A stretch of DNA of 64,000 nt. Origin: Malacoraja senta (lineage: Eukaryota). The notes under the pieces were generated by a model. That model saw only the letters and a program-made list of their open reading frames with translations. It did not search any database and was not told the DNA's origin. This document shows, in pieces, positions 9,678 through 21,770 of the stretch; within the stretch, counting starts at the first letter, position 1, and each line of letters starts with the position of its first letter. Position numbers and translations under genes: made by a program. The stretch lies in NCBI GenBank assembly GCA_038087875.1, contig CM075988.1:3596001-3660000 (forward strand), given 5' to 3'.

Positions 9678-12345
9678 CCCTCCACTCCCACCCTCATAAA
9701 GATAGAGCTGGTAGTTCTAGTCTTTATGTATCTTACTATCATACTTCAGTAATTGTCGTCTGTGATTTCACTCCGCTGCTTTGAAGATTGACGTGTGTGC
9801 GGCTGGACGGGCTCTTCTTCACGTAGTCCCTCAGCGTAACTCCTCATAAAATAAAGATCAAACTTCTAACTGGTAAGTTCTCGTTTAATCTTACTATTCT
9901 CCCTGAGACCGTGTGGGTTTTCTCCAGGTTCTCCAGTTTCCTCCAACATTCCAAAGACATGAAGGTCTGTTGGTTAATTGGCTTCTTTAAATTGTCCCTA
10001 TTATGTTTGTAAGTGATAGGAGCAGAACTAGGCCATTCAGCCCATCGAGTCTACTCCGCCATTCGATCATGACTGACCTATCTCTCCCATCTCAACCCAT
10101 GCTCCTGCCGTCTCCCCATAACCCCTGATACCCGTACAAACTTTGCCTTAAAAATATCCATTGACTTGGCCTCCACAGCCTTCTGTGGCAATGAATTGTG
10201 ATACTGTATGATACGAAACAATAGGACTTTATTAATTCCAGAAGGGAGATTGGTCTGCCAAGAGTCATAAAACACAACAAGATACATAAAACATAAAATT
10301 AAAGTGACGAGTGGAAACACCAGGATTGGGGATGTATGAAGATTGGGGAGGGGAGGGGGTAGTCAGTTTACCCCACGACAGAAGGGGGAAGAGATGTACA
10401 GTTTGATAGCCAGAGGGAAAAAGGATCACCTCTGGCATTCTGTGCTGCATCTTGGTGGAACCAGTCTGGTTGACCAGTGTGTCATGGAGGGGGTGAACTG
10501 TATTGTCCAAGACCTGATGTGCGGGTGATTGTTGGTCGACGTGGACTCGGTGGGCCGAAGGGCGTTTCCACACTATATCTCTCAACTAAACGAGGAGGTA
10601 GGACTTCTTCAGTTATCATTTCCCTGATATCTCTTTGCACTGCACAGTATCGGGTTTGACATTGACCGAGACTGCCTTGTTTTCGAATGCCTACATTGGA
10701 ATGAGCCTCTGTATCACGATGCAATGCAACCCTGTGAGTCTGAAGAAGGGTCCTGACCCAAAACGTCGACTGTCCATTCCCTGCATAGATGCTGCCTGAC
10801 CCGCTGAGGTACTCCAGCACTTTGTGTTTTGCTCAAGGTTCCAGCACCTGCAGCTCCATTAATCATTCCGCCCAGTGTTCCTGAACTCTTCATCAATCAG
10901 GGCATTGAGTTCAGGAGTTGGGATAGATTCAACAGAAACAGCAAACACTGAAATCTTGAGTAAAACACAAAGTGCTGGAGGAACTGAACAGGTCAGGCAG
11001 CATCTGCAGAGGGAATGGATCGCTGCAGAGGCAACGTTTTAGACCGTGGACTTTCTTCATATGAGCGCATGAAATGGGATGTTAAATGACAGTTGTACAA
11101 GATGCTGGTGAGGACACACTTGGAGTACTGTGCTTGGAACGAGTTTTGATGAGACACCTTGGTTGGCGTGGACACGTTGGGCCTCTATCCATGCCGTACG
11201 ACTCTATGACTCTCGAACTTTCTCTGCACTTTAAAAATACTGAGCTCCAAAACCCATCACATGCATGAATGTTTCCAAGGTCTATCAAGGGGTGTGTTTT
11301 TCATTAATAGACCGATAACTGTGTGCTGATCAAAGATTAAAGTTTCAATTGCCGGCATTGAGCATTTTCTTTGGACCATTTTCTTTTACCCAAAGGTTTT
11401 AATGTCCCCAATGGGGAATTGGAGATAACATCAGACCTTGAAGTTGGACTTCAGATTTGGTGTCTGGTTCTAAGTCACTGGAGCCTTTAACAAAGGTGAT
11501 TTAATTTGGCTACAGCACAGAATTGCTTTTGTTTCATGCAGCCACAATTGCAATGAGTGGATGGTTTACTATTAATTGGAGCATATTTTTTGGATACAGT
11601 TTGACTCAGTTATAGTGGGGCCCAGAGTTTAGTTTAGTTTAGAGATACAGGCCCTTTGGCCCACTGAGTCCATGCCAACCAGCGATCACTCATTCTATCC
11701 TACACACTAGGGGAAATTTATAGAGGTATTTTACAGAAACTGATTAAACTACAAACTTGCATGTCTTTGGAATGTGGGAGAATGATTCCCCGTGACCCGG
11801 AGAAAACTCACGCGGTCACGGGGAGAACATACAAACTGCACACAGACAGCATCTGTAGTCAGGATTGAACCCGGGTCTCTGGCGCTGTAAGGCAGCAACT
11901 CTACCGCTGCGCCACCGTGCCACCCGGCTCAATGATAGCTGTTTTTTCGATTGGATTGTCCCAATGCACAGTTGTGATTGTGGCTTTCCCTGGGAGGGTC
12001 GCAGTCATGAGATGAAGATGCAGCAGAGAAGCGGGGGGCAGGATGAGGCTCCGATCAGAGACTTTGCACCCTTGTGTGTGGCATAGAGCAGGGAGACCTC
12101 CCTCAGCTCACCACACTGCAGATCATCGTCCATCCTGACATGTTGCAGCCCCTGGGACCTAACACTGAATTAACAATTTCAGATAATCAGCCTTTCCAGT
12201 TTATTACGGTGCTGATGTAAGGTCAACCACCCATAACATTTTCTGTTCTCTTTATCATTGTTTCTCGTGCATATCATTCATACATTTGTTCAATATCTCT
12301 CTACATCACCATCTATATCTCTTGTTTCCCTTTCCCCAGACTCTC

Positions 12346-12379
12346 AGTCTGAAGAAGGGTTCTGACCCGAAACGTCACT
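12346..12379 (+). ncRNA. Minimal type I hammerhead ribozyme motif (Penelope-type), representative intact copy
   Basis: agt-CTGAAGA-A-GGGT(tctg)ACCC-GAA-ACGT-C-act: conserved core, 4-bp stem II, palindromic ACGT, GUC cleavage triplet and short stem I (agt/act). Confidence 0.7.
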
Positions 12380-13512
12380 TATTCCTTTCCTCTAGAGGTG
12401 CTGCTCCATTCATCTCCAGATATCACTTCCCCAGAGATCCGTTGAGTCACTCCAGCATTTCATGTCTCTCACCTATAACAATAGGTTGAGTTCAGAGACA
12501 CAGCGTGGAAACAATACTGCAACCCACCGCGTCCATGCCGACCAGCGATCACCTGTATACTCATTCTATCCCACACACTAGGGGCAATTTACTGAAGTAA
12601 TTTATAGAAGCCAATTAAACTATAAACCTGCATGTCTTTGCAATGTGGGAGGAAACCGGAGCACCCAGAGGAAACCCACGCGGTCACAGGGAAAACGTAC
12701 ATACTCCGCACAAGCAACACCTGTAGTCAGGATCGAACCGGGGTCTCTGGCACTGAGGCAGCAGTGCATCTTCCTCTGCACCACCGCACCGCCCTAATGC
12801 AGCTTAATTAATGCAGCTTTGCTTCTCTGAAGTGGCTTCTTGATTTGCTGAGTATTTCCAGCATTCTCTTTCACTTCGGGCACCACTGCTTCCTGTCTCT
12901 CACTATCCCACTGTGGCCTTTTATCGACATGGTCATCTATTAACTCGGGTGCACAGAGAGCGTGGTGTCAAGCGATAATCCCGGTCTCCATCCTGTCAAA
13001 GACATGCCTTGTTCTTTCCACCCTCTCTCCCTTTGTAACTTAAACACACTTGGCATGGGATTGTGAACAGCTATAAGATACCAACACACCAGTGACTGTC
13101 AGCCCACCAGACTGACGAGTAGCACCACCATCTGCTGCAGCAGGAGGTCGAGCACAGCGTGTAATGCACAGGAGCATTCATCTCTGGAGGTGAACAGACC
13201 CTCCATTGTCCAAATGATTAGAAAGCAAGGAGCACTTCTTCCAACAGAGGGGGCTCATTGAAGCCAGAGCGTCCGGTAAAGACAGGAAACCACACAAGAG
13301 ATCATGGAACTCTGTGAGGACCAAGGAGTCACACAGGTTTAAGCTCCAGGAAAGAAAGAAGTCACATGGACCTTGGTTGGGAGCGGGGTGGAACATGCAG
13401 GATTGTCTACCCACACTACAGGGGCAATGAGAGAGGGGAGTGAGGGAGGATCAGAGGAAGGTTCACCACAGTGACGGTGGGTTATGACTGGACTGTAAAC
13501 ATCCCAATTCAT

Positions 13513-13985
13513 GACCAACTCATCGGTGAGACCAAGCGGAGGCTTGGCGATCGTTTCGCCGAACACCTCCGGTCGGTCCGCAATAACCAACCTGAACTCC
13601 CGGTGGCTCAGCACTTCAACTCCCCCTCCCATTCCGTATCTGACCTCTCTGTCCTGGGTCACCTCCAGGGCCACAGCGAGCAACACCGTAAATTGGAGGA
13701 AATGCACCTCATATTCCGCTTGGGCAGTCTACATCCTGGGGGCTTGAACATTGAATTCTCCCAATTCTGCTAGCCCTTGCTGTCCCCTCCCCTTCATCAG
13801 CCATCTGGTTGTCTCCTCCCCTCCCCCAGCCCTCGGGCTCCTCCTCCGCCTTTTTCCTTTTTTCCTTTCTTCTCCCCACCCCCTATCAGTCTGAAGAAGG
13901 GTTTCGGCCCGAAATGTTGCCTATTTCCTTCGCTCCATAGATGCTGCTGCACCCGCTGAGTTTCTCCAGCATTTTTGTGTACCTT
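13513..13985 (+). mobile_element. Penelope-like 3' fragment
   Basis: IGETKRRLGDRFAEHLRSVRNNQP...EFSQFC* followed by a hammerhead-bearing terminal repeat (13891). Confidence 0.88.
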
Positions 13986-15036
13986 CATCTTGGGCAACAC
14001 TTGGTTCTTGATCAAGGCTGGGATCTGGGGTGGGCAGAAACCAGGGACCAGGTGTTGGGGAGGGGGGGTGGGAGGGGGGAGGGTGGGCTGGGGGGAGTCA
14101 GGGTGTGGGCTGGACAAAGGAGAGTCTATCTGGGACCAGGTGTTGGGGAGGGGGGTGGGGGGGGAGGGTGGGGTGGAAGGAGTCAGGGGGTGGGCTGGGG
14201 AGCATTATGTCCCACCAACATGTGATGAGAGGCAAGCCATTCTGCAATCACATGGTGCTGGGGGAAGGCTGGGTGATGTATAGCCATTACCTGAGCTCTG
14301 CTTTCTGCTGCCGAAGGGAAAAATGATGTGGTCTCAATGGCTTAATCTCACTCAGACAGTTAGTCTTGGTGAAGGAAGGAAGCAAGTTCTTCACTTGACA
14401 GTTGTCGATGGAGATACTGGGTGGCAATCTCTCTTATCCACCATGAGTGTGTTTTGTGAGCTGGAATAAAACATCCTAGAATATTAACGTGTAGGGGTGG
14501 GCGTGGGAAAGGTGGAAACAGGTGGGGAGGGGGGGGTGAGAAGGGTCCCAACTCAAAAGATGGTCTGTCCATTTCCTCCACAAATGCTGCCCAACCTGCT
14601 GAGATCCTCCAGGGCTTTGATGGTTACTGAAGAGGTCTGGGGTACACAAGGCAATGGAGGACAAGATGGTGGCAGAGAGCTACTGTGCCACTCTGCACCC
14701 TCTTCTCCAAGCCTCTTACCCCCTTACCTTAAAACTACAGTAAGCCCTCTGTTATTAGACACCACTGCTATGTACGCAGCCATGGGTGAAATGATGAGAC
14801 AACTCGAACCAATGAGTGCACTTTGTGTCTTTTAACCAGAAGCTCCACTCCGTCTCCCCCACACCCCTGACATCAGTTGACCCCTCCCCTGCACCGTTCA
14901 TCTACAGGTGGAGAACATTCTAGAGGTGAGATAGTACGTTTCCTGATTTCTGTGCTGAGGTTCCCACAATGAATTTAAGATTAGGCCAGCTTGTTCTTGG
15001 TTTTTACCAACCTCCCACATAGCTAGGAGAAAATAG

Positions 15037-15372
15037 TTTGGTTTGGTTTAGCTTGGTTTAGCTTAGTTTAGTTTAGTTTACTGATACAGCGCAACAACAG
15101 GCCCTTCGGTCCGCCGAGTCTGCACCACCAGCGATCCCCACACATTAACACTGCCCTACACACACTAGGAAACAATTTTTCATTTATACCAAGCCAATTA
15201 ACCAAACCTGTATGTCTTAGAAGTGTGGGAGGAAACCGAAGATCTTGGAAAAAAAACCAAGCGAGTCACGGGGACGGACAAACTCCGTACAGACAGCACC
15301 CGTAATCTGGATCGAACCCGGGTCTCTGGCGCTGTGAGGCAGCAACTCTGCCGCTGCGCCACCGTGCCACCC
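15037..15372 (-). mobile_element. HE1-type V-SINE (other - copies ~11627-11925, 12490-12795, 19640-19915, 23775-24070, 44605-44905, 46516-46813, 57473-57772, 60787-61085)
   Basis: Reverse complement of the same SINE structure with a (tttag)n tail. Confidence 0.88.
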
Positions 15373-16182
15373 CTTGGTTACATTTATAATTCGGAAACCT
15401 TTTAACATTCTATAAGGTCTCAATCAACATCCATGCCAAGTTCACCAGTTTGTCCATGCAATGTAAACGTCTACACCCTACCTGTCTCTGGGCCACACCT
15501 TGCCAAGGTGAGCACACCTCTGGTGCACCCAGAGGTCATGAGTTCACATTCATGTCATAGGAGCAGAATTAGGCCATTTCAGTCATGACTGATCCATCTT
15601 TCCCTCTCAACCCCATTCTCCTGCCTTCTCCCCAATACCTATGACAGCATCTCTGGAGAAAGGAATAGGTGACGTTTTGGGTCGAGACTATTCTGAAGAA
15701 CATCTCCTATTCCTTTTTCCAGTGATGCTGCCTGTCCCACTGTTACTCCAGCTTTTTGTGTCTACCCAATTTGAACCAGCATCTGCAGTTCCTTCATACA
15801 CATTTGACACCCTCACTAATGAAGAATCTGTCAACCCATTGACATGCCCTCCACAGCCGTCTATTGGCAATTAATTCTACAGACTCACCACCCTCTGGCT
15901 AAGAAGTTATTCCTCATCTCCTTTCTAATGGAACATCCTTTATTCTGAGGCTAAGACCTCTAGTCCTAGACTCCCACTAATGGAAACATTCTCTCCACAT
16001 TCATTCTATCCAGCCTTTCACTATTTCGGTAGGTTTCAGTGAGGTCCCCCTCATCCTTCTAAACTTCAGCTGGTACAGGTCTCTGTGCAAATGAAACATG
16101 TCCTATTCCTTTGTAAACGAGCCCTCCTGAGAGAAGAGCAAATGATCTGTTTGCCATTGGTTTTTGTTTGGTGCGATCTCCC

Positions 16183-16213
<31 letters not shown>

Positions 16214-16586
16214 ATGCCCAGAACACCCTTCCACCCCTCCTTCCAATAATCCCCCCCCCCACCCCCTTGCTTTGAACAGCATGCCAGGTCTCCTGAATTG
16301 CCATTATTAAGAAGATGCCCTCATGCTTCTGTAACCTCGATTCTGGTGGCCATGGCTTTGCCCATACGCGGAATCCGTCAACCCAATGTAGAAGGAATGG
16401 GTGAAGAAGGGTCTCGACCCGAAATGTCACCCATTCCTTCTCTCCAGAGATGCTGCCTGTCCCGCTGAGTTACTCCAGCATTTTGTGTCTATCTTCGATT
16501 TAAACCAGCATCTGCAGTTCCTTCCTGCGCAGCCCAAGGTAGGTTACCTCCAGTTATGTGAGCTCCAGTTTGACTCGGACACTTAC

Positions 16587-16694
16587 TTCTCTGTGAACGT
16601 GAGCAGCAGATCACCATGATGGTCACAAAGACCACGACGAAAGCCACTCCAGCACCGACGGCCACACCGATGACGACTGCCAATGAGAGGGCCT
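16587..16694 (-). CDS. KIRREL3: KIRREL3 transmembrane exon (108 nt, phase 1-1)
   Basis: Boundaries ttcccacag|AG GCC...CAG AGA A|gtaagt. Translates (E)[35 protein letters not shown]. The cytoplasmic exons were not found and probably lie beyond position 1. Confidence 0.95.
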
Positions 16695-17526
16695 CTGTGG
16701 GAAGAAAACACAGTGGGCATGACCAACTGCTGGTGAAACCTTGCCCGCTCTGACACTCCCCTCTATGCAGCAGATAGATGCTAAATGCTGGAGTAACTCA
16801 GCGGGACAAGCAACATCTCTGGAGAGTAGGAATGGGTGACATTTCGGGCCGAGACCCTTCGTCAGACGGATGAGTCTCGACCCATTTGGCCCTTCGAGCC
16901 AGCACTGCCATTCAATGTGATCATGGCTGATCATCCACAATCAGTACCCCGTTCCTGCTTTCTCCCCATATCCCTTGACTCCGCTATTTTTAAGAGCCCT
17001 ATCTAGCTCTCTCTTGAAAGTATCCAGAGAACCAGCCTCCACCGCCCTCTGAGGCAGCGAATTCCACAGATTCACAACTCTCTGTCTGAAAAATTATTTC
17101 CTCATCTCCGTTCTAAATGGCTTACCCCTTATTCTTAAATTGTGACCCCTGGTTCTGGACTCCCCCAACATCGGGAACATGTTCCCGAAACGTCACCCAT
17201 TCCTTCTCTCCAGAGATGCTGCGTGTCCCACTGTTACTCCAGCATTTCATGTATATCTGTGGTTTAAACCAGCGTCTGCGGTTCCTTCCTGCACATGCTC
17301 AATGCAGCATTTGGAAATCACAGCTAAACACAGTGCAGAGATTGTCAAAGATTCACAGAGTCACATTCTCCCGATTCTCCCCTCTCATTTCAGGCACGAG
17401 GAACAGAAGTTTGAAAACACTTACCTCCAGATTCAGTGACAGTTTCTTCCCAGCTGTTATCAGGCAACTGAATCATCCTATCACCAGCTATAGTGTGGTC
17501 CTGAATTCCCATCTAGCTTATTGGAG

Positions 17527-18257
17527 GTCTGAAGAAGGGTTCCGACCCAATACGTCACCTATTCATTTCCCCCAACAGTCTGTTCAGGCCCTCCCCCCTT
17601 GACTCTGTCCAGGGACCCCAACAGTCTTTTCAGGTGAGGCAGAGGTTCACTTGCACCTCCTCCAAACTCATCTACTGTATCCGCTGTTCCAGGTGTGGAC
17701 TCCTATGTATTGGCCAGACCAGCGCAGGCTCGGCGATCGTTTAGCTGAACACCTCTGCCTAGTCCGCCTTAAACTACCTGATCTCCCGGTTGCGAAACAC
17801 TTTAACTCCCCCTCCCATTCCCACATTGACCTTTCTGTCCTGGGCCTCCTCCATTGTCAGAGTGAGGCCTGATGCAAATTGGAGGAACAGCACCTCATAT
17901 TTCGCTTGGGCAGCTTACACCCCAGCGGTATGAACATTGACTTCTCTAACTTCAAGTAACCCTTGCTTTCCCTCTCTCTCCATCTCTCCCCCTTCCTAGT
18001 TCTCCGACCAATATCCGACTACATTTTATCTCTGTTTGCTTTGTTGTTGCCTTCTCCCAGCTAACAATGATCTATTCTATATGTTCCTTGATCCCCATTC
18101 CCTTTGTCCTATTTTCACATCTGACACTTCTTTATCTATGTATCTCCCTCTCCCCTGACATCAGTCTGAAGAAGGTTCTCGAAACGAAACATCACCCATT
18201 CCTTGTCTCCAGAGATGCTGCCTGTCCCGCTGAGTTTCCCCAGCACTTTGTGTCTAT
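17527..18257 (+). mobile_element. Penelope-like fragment nested in a Rex1/Babar 3' remnant
   Basis: GIY-YIG end plus terminal repeat; hammerhead motifs at 17529 and 18166; flanked by an imperfect ct(t/c)attggag duplication. Confidence 0.8.
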
Positions 18258-18791
18258 CTCATTGGAGACCTTTGAACTATCTTTAATCGGACTTTATTGA
18301 ACTTCATCTTGCACTAAATGTTATACCTTTTATCCAGTATCTCTACGCTATGGACTGGTTGATAGTAATCATTTAGTATTTCCGCTGACTGGAAAGCAAG
18401 TAACAAAAAAACGTTTCACTGTACCTATACGTGGCAATAATAACCTAAACTAAATTCAACTAACATATCGCAGTCCCTTCGGCCCACCATGTCCATGCTA
18501 ACCATAAGTATATATTCACACTAATCCCAATCACCAGCATTGGGTCCATAGCCTTCTATGAATTGATGATTCATGGGTCCAGATGCTTCTTAAATGCTGT
18601 GATAGTTTCTGCCTCCACCGCCCACTCAGGCAATGTGTTCCAGCTTCCAACTTTTTGGATGAAGTGATTCTTCCCTTGATCAACTCTGAATTTCTTATCT
18701 CCTACCCTGAACCAATGCCCTCTACCTTTAGAACTCTGGAATGAGAGGTATTGTTCTAACCTGAGGCTGAGAAACCAGGCCGTAATCTTAC

Positions 18792-19020
18792 CAAAGATGA
18801 TAGAGCAGATATAGATCATAATTAAAATATGTGAATTGATAGATGAGCTATATCACACACAAACTGCTCCTCTACAACACTGATTATTACACTGCGAGAG
18901 GCATAACGGAAGTTGCGTTTTGTATTCCAAGATGGCGGCCGTTACGCTCCATTACATACCAAACCTCAGTGCATTGGATTACGCAGGAGTGGAGTATCTT
19001 GTTCCGCTCCATGATCTTTG
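18792..19020. mobile_element. MITE (229 bp) with CAAAGAT termini and apparent 2-bp TSD
   Basis: Left TIR caaagatgatagagcaga matches the reverse complement of the right end (caaagatcatggagcgga) at 15/18; AC on both flanks. Confidence 0.65.
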
Positions 19021-19139
19021 ACTCTTACTTTGGGCATTGTACCTTTCACAAAGACAGCAACATGGCAGTCGCAAGCAGATCTGCACCAGGGCATGAGCCC
19101 TGACCACCATCTTGGGTCCGGATAGACCCTTGGAGCAGT

Positions 19140-19440
19140 ACAGTGGCACAGCAGTAGAGTTGCTGCCTTACAGCGCCAGGGACCTGGCTTTCATGCTGAT
19201 TACGGGTGCTGTCCGTACGGAGTTTGTACTTTGTGACCGCGTGGGTTTTCTCTGGGTGCTCCTCCTTCTTCCCATACTCCAAAGATGTACAGATTTGAAG
19301 GTTAATTGGCTTCGGTAAAATTGAAAATGTCCCTAGTGTGTGTAGCGTTGTGTTAGTGTGCCGGGATCGCTGGTTGGCATGGATCCGGTGGGCCGAAGGG
19401 CCTGTTCCCACGCTGTATCTCTAAACTAAACTAAACTAAA
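19140..19440 (+). mobile_element. HE1-type V-SINE (other + copies ~28607-28920, 42405-42697, 58160-58455, 59480-59815, 61252-61515; 46820-47903 is split)
   Basis: tRNA-derived head, central ggagtttgtac...gggttttc domain, CR1-like tail ggccgaagggcctgtt and (ctaaa)n end. Confidence 0.88.
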
Positions 19441-20469
19441 CCTCACTCATGCCTGAAGCTGGTGGCGAATGTTCACACTTTTTCTGATCACTGGAAACCA
19501 AACGGAAGCAGTGGCAATAAGTGAGGCATATAGAATGTAACGTGAGGTGGGGGCAGGGGGGTGAGCGTGTGAACTCAATCCAAAATGAACATGGTTTTAC
19601 TTTCTGAGTTTCACCTTAACTTGTAGCATCAATTGTAGTACTGAGAGATACAGGGTAGAGAGAGGCCCTTTGGCCCATCGGGTCCATGCCAACCATTCAT
19701 CACCCGTTCATTAGTTCTATGTCATCCCCCTTTCCCATCCACTCTCTACACACTAGGAGCAATGTACAGAGGGCCAATTAACCTACAAACCTGCATGTCT
19801 TTGTGATGTGTGAGGCAACCGAAGCACCCGTCGGAAACCCACGCAGTCACTGGGTGAACGTGCAAACGCCACACGTAGATAGTATTCAAGGTCAGGATCG
19901 CACCTGGGTCCCTGGTCTAATGTTAGACCATAGTGCACTAAATGCCTGCCGGATTGCAGCGATATGAGAGATTTCAGAGGCTGACTGAATATTTGGAAAC
20001 TTGTGTGGAGTGAAAGTTTGAATGTACATTGGTGAATAAATGCTGAGAGCGATGGCACGGATTGGCACTCAATCTGACAGAGTTTCTGGAAGCTGGTGAA
20101 CATGCCAATTGATGCTCACCAGCTGTACAAGCCTTTGGTGAGGGAGCACTGGGAGTATTCTGATCACTATTGATCACCCTGCATTTAGGTGGAAAAAGAG
20201 CAGAGAATGTCTACAAGGATGTTGCTAGGATTCGAAGGCCAGATTTGTAAGGAGAGGTTGGGTAGGCTGGGATTTGTTCCTTGGAGCAGAGGAGGCTGAA
20301 GGGTGATCTTATATACGTTTATATATATATGTTTATCAGGTTTGGATGGATATGGGCCAAACGTGGGCAGCTGGGACTAGTGTAGCTGGGACATGTTGGC
20401 CGGTTTGGGCAGGTTGGGCCGAAGGTCCTGTTTCCACACTGTATCACTCTATGACTCTAAGTACAGTAG

Positions 20470-20965
20470 TAGGCCCCCCCCTCGGTCATGGCTGACCATG
20501 GGTGATGCATCCTAGTTTGCAGGTGATGTGTGGTCGGATGCAAGCCTGGACGATGTCACATGGAGGACATTCAGGCTGTTGCCCATGCAGTACGTCCCCC
20601 CTCTCCACGTCGCTGGAACGGCAGGGCCATTACAGACTAAAGGAATGGCAGAACCATTCCAAAGGAACGGCAGGGCCGTTACAGTTTGGTACCAGCGCCG
20701 TCGCAGGAGATGCCAGGGAGAGGTTGTAGACAATGATGAACTGCCTTAGGGGCTCCGATACCGGATTTTCTTGACGTTTACTCCTGGAGTCTTTTCCATG
20801 ACTGGATATGGCCACAAGGCAGTGGAGGTTTTAAATCAGAGTTTTCCCTCGCCTAGATGGACTGCCTTCCCAGGCTGATGAGCCCCATCTGCCCGAGACT
20901 CGTGGGGGCGGGAGCGTCTACCTTCCCGTGTAGGTCTATAGCACCTGCCCACTGCCCACACTCAA
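20470..20965 (-). mobile_element. Probable RTE-derived non-coding element inserted among CR1 remnants
   Basis: tagatggactgccttcccaggctgatgagccccatctgcccg resembles the recalled reverse strand of an RTE 5' region; internal duplication ggaacggcagggcc(a/g)ttacag. Confidence 0.4.
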
Positions 20966-21019
20966 GTACAATATCAACGTTTAAAGGACACTTGGACAGA
21001 TACTTTATAAGGAAAGATT

Positions 21020-21770
21020 TAGAAACATAGAAACATAGAAAATAGGTGCAGGAGTAGGCCATTCGGCCCTTCGAGCCTGCACCGCCATTCAATATGATCA
21101 TGGCTGATCATCCAACTCAGTATCCTGTACATGCCTTCTCTCCATACCCCCTGATCCCTTTAGCCACAAGGGACACATCTAACTCCCTCTTAAATATAGC
21201 CAATGAACTGGCCTCAACAACCTTCTGTGGCAGAGAATTCCACAGATTCACCACTCTCTGTGTGAAAAATATTTTTCTCATCTCGGTCCTAAAAGATTTC
21301 CCCCTTATCCTTAAACTGTGACCCCTTGTTCTGGACTTCCCCAACATCGGGAACAATCTTCCTGCATCTAGCCTGTCCAACCCCTTAAGAATTTTGTAAG
21401 TTTCTATAAGATTCCCCCTCAATCTTCTAAATTCTAGCGAGTACAAGCCGAGTCTATCCAGTCTTTCTTCATATGAAAATCCTGACATCCCAGGAATCAG
21501 TCTAGTGAACCTTCTCTGTACTCCCTCTATGGCAAGAATGTCTTTCCTCAGATTTGGAGACCAAAACAGTACGCAATACTCCAGGTGTGGTCTCACCAAG
21601 ACCCTGTACAACTGCAGTAGAACCTCCCTGCTCGTATACTCAAATCCTTTTGCTATGAATGCTGACATACCATTTGCTTTCTTCACTGCCTGCTGCACCT
21701 GCATGCCTACTTTCAATGACTGGTGTACTATGACACCCAGCTCTCGTTGCATCTCCCCTTTTCCTAATCG
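21020..21770 (-). mobile_element. CR1/HER1 LINE 3' fragment
   Basis: VRPHLEYCVLFWSP...LEFRRLRGNLIETYKI...FFTQRVVNLWNSLP; (tatgtttc)n tail. Confidence 0.9.

Larger units (their letters stand above)
173..9898 (+). mobile_element. DIRS1-type tyrosine-recombinase retrotransposon (element 1), degenerate, interrupted by L1
   Basis: Left terminus ttttacttcggagtcacgtg; right ITR and extension ~9790-9898; ICR 9565-9677 complementary to both ends; gag, RT-RNaseH-MT and YR remnants in order; ATT at both junctions; flanks rejoin into one V-SINE. Confidence 0.95.

Noticed and set aside
10600..10670. Minus-strand agtgcaaagagatatcaggg resembling the KIRREL3 SAKNDIR exon
   Set aside because: It needs a frameshift, has no suitable splice sites, and the flanking residues do not match; treated as coincidence.
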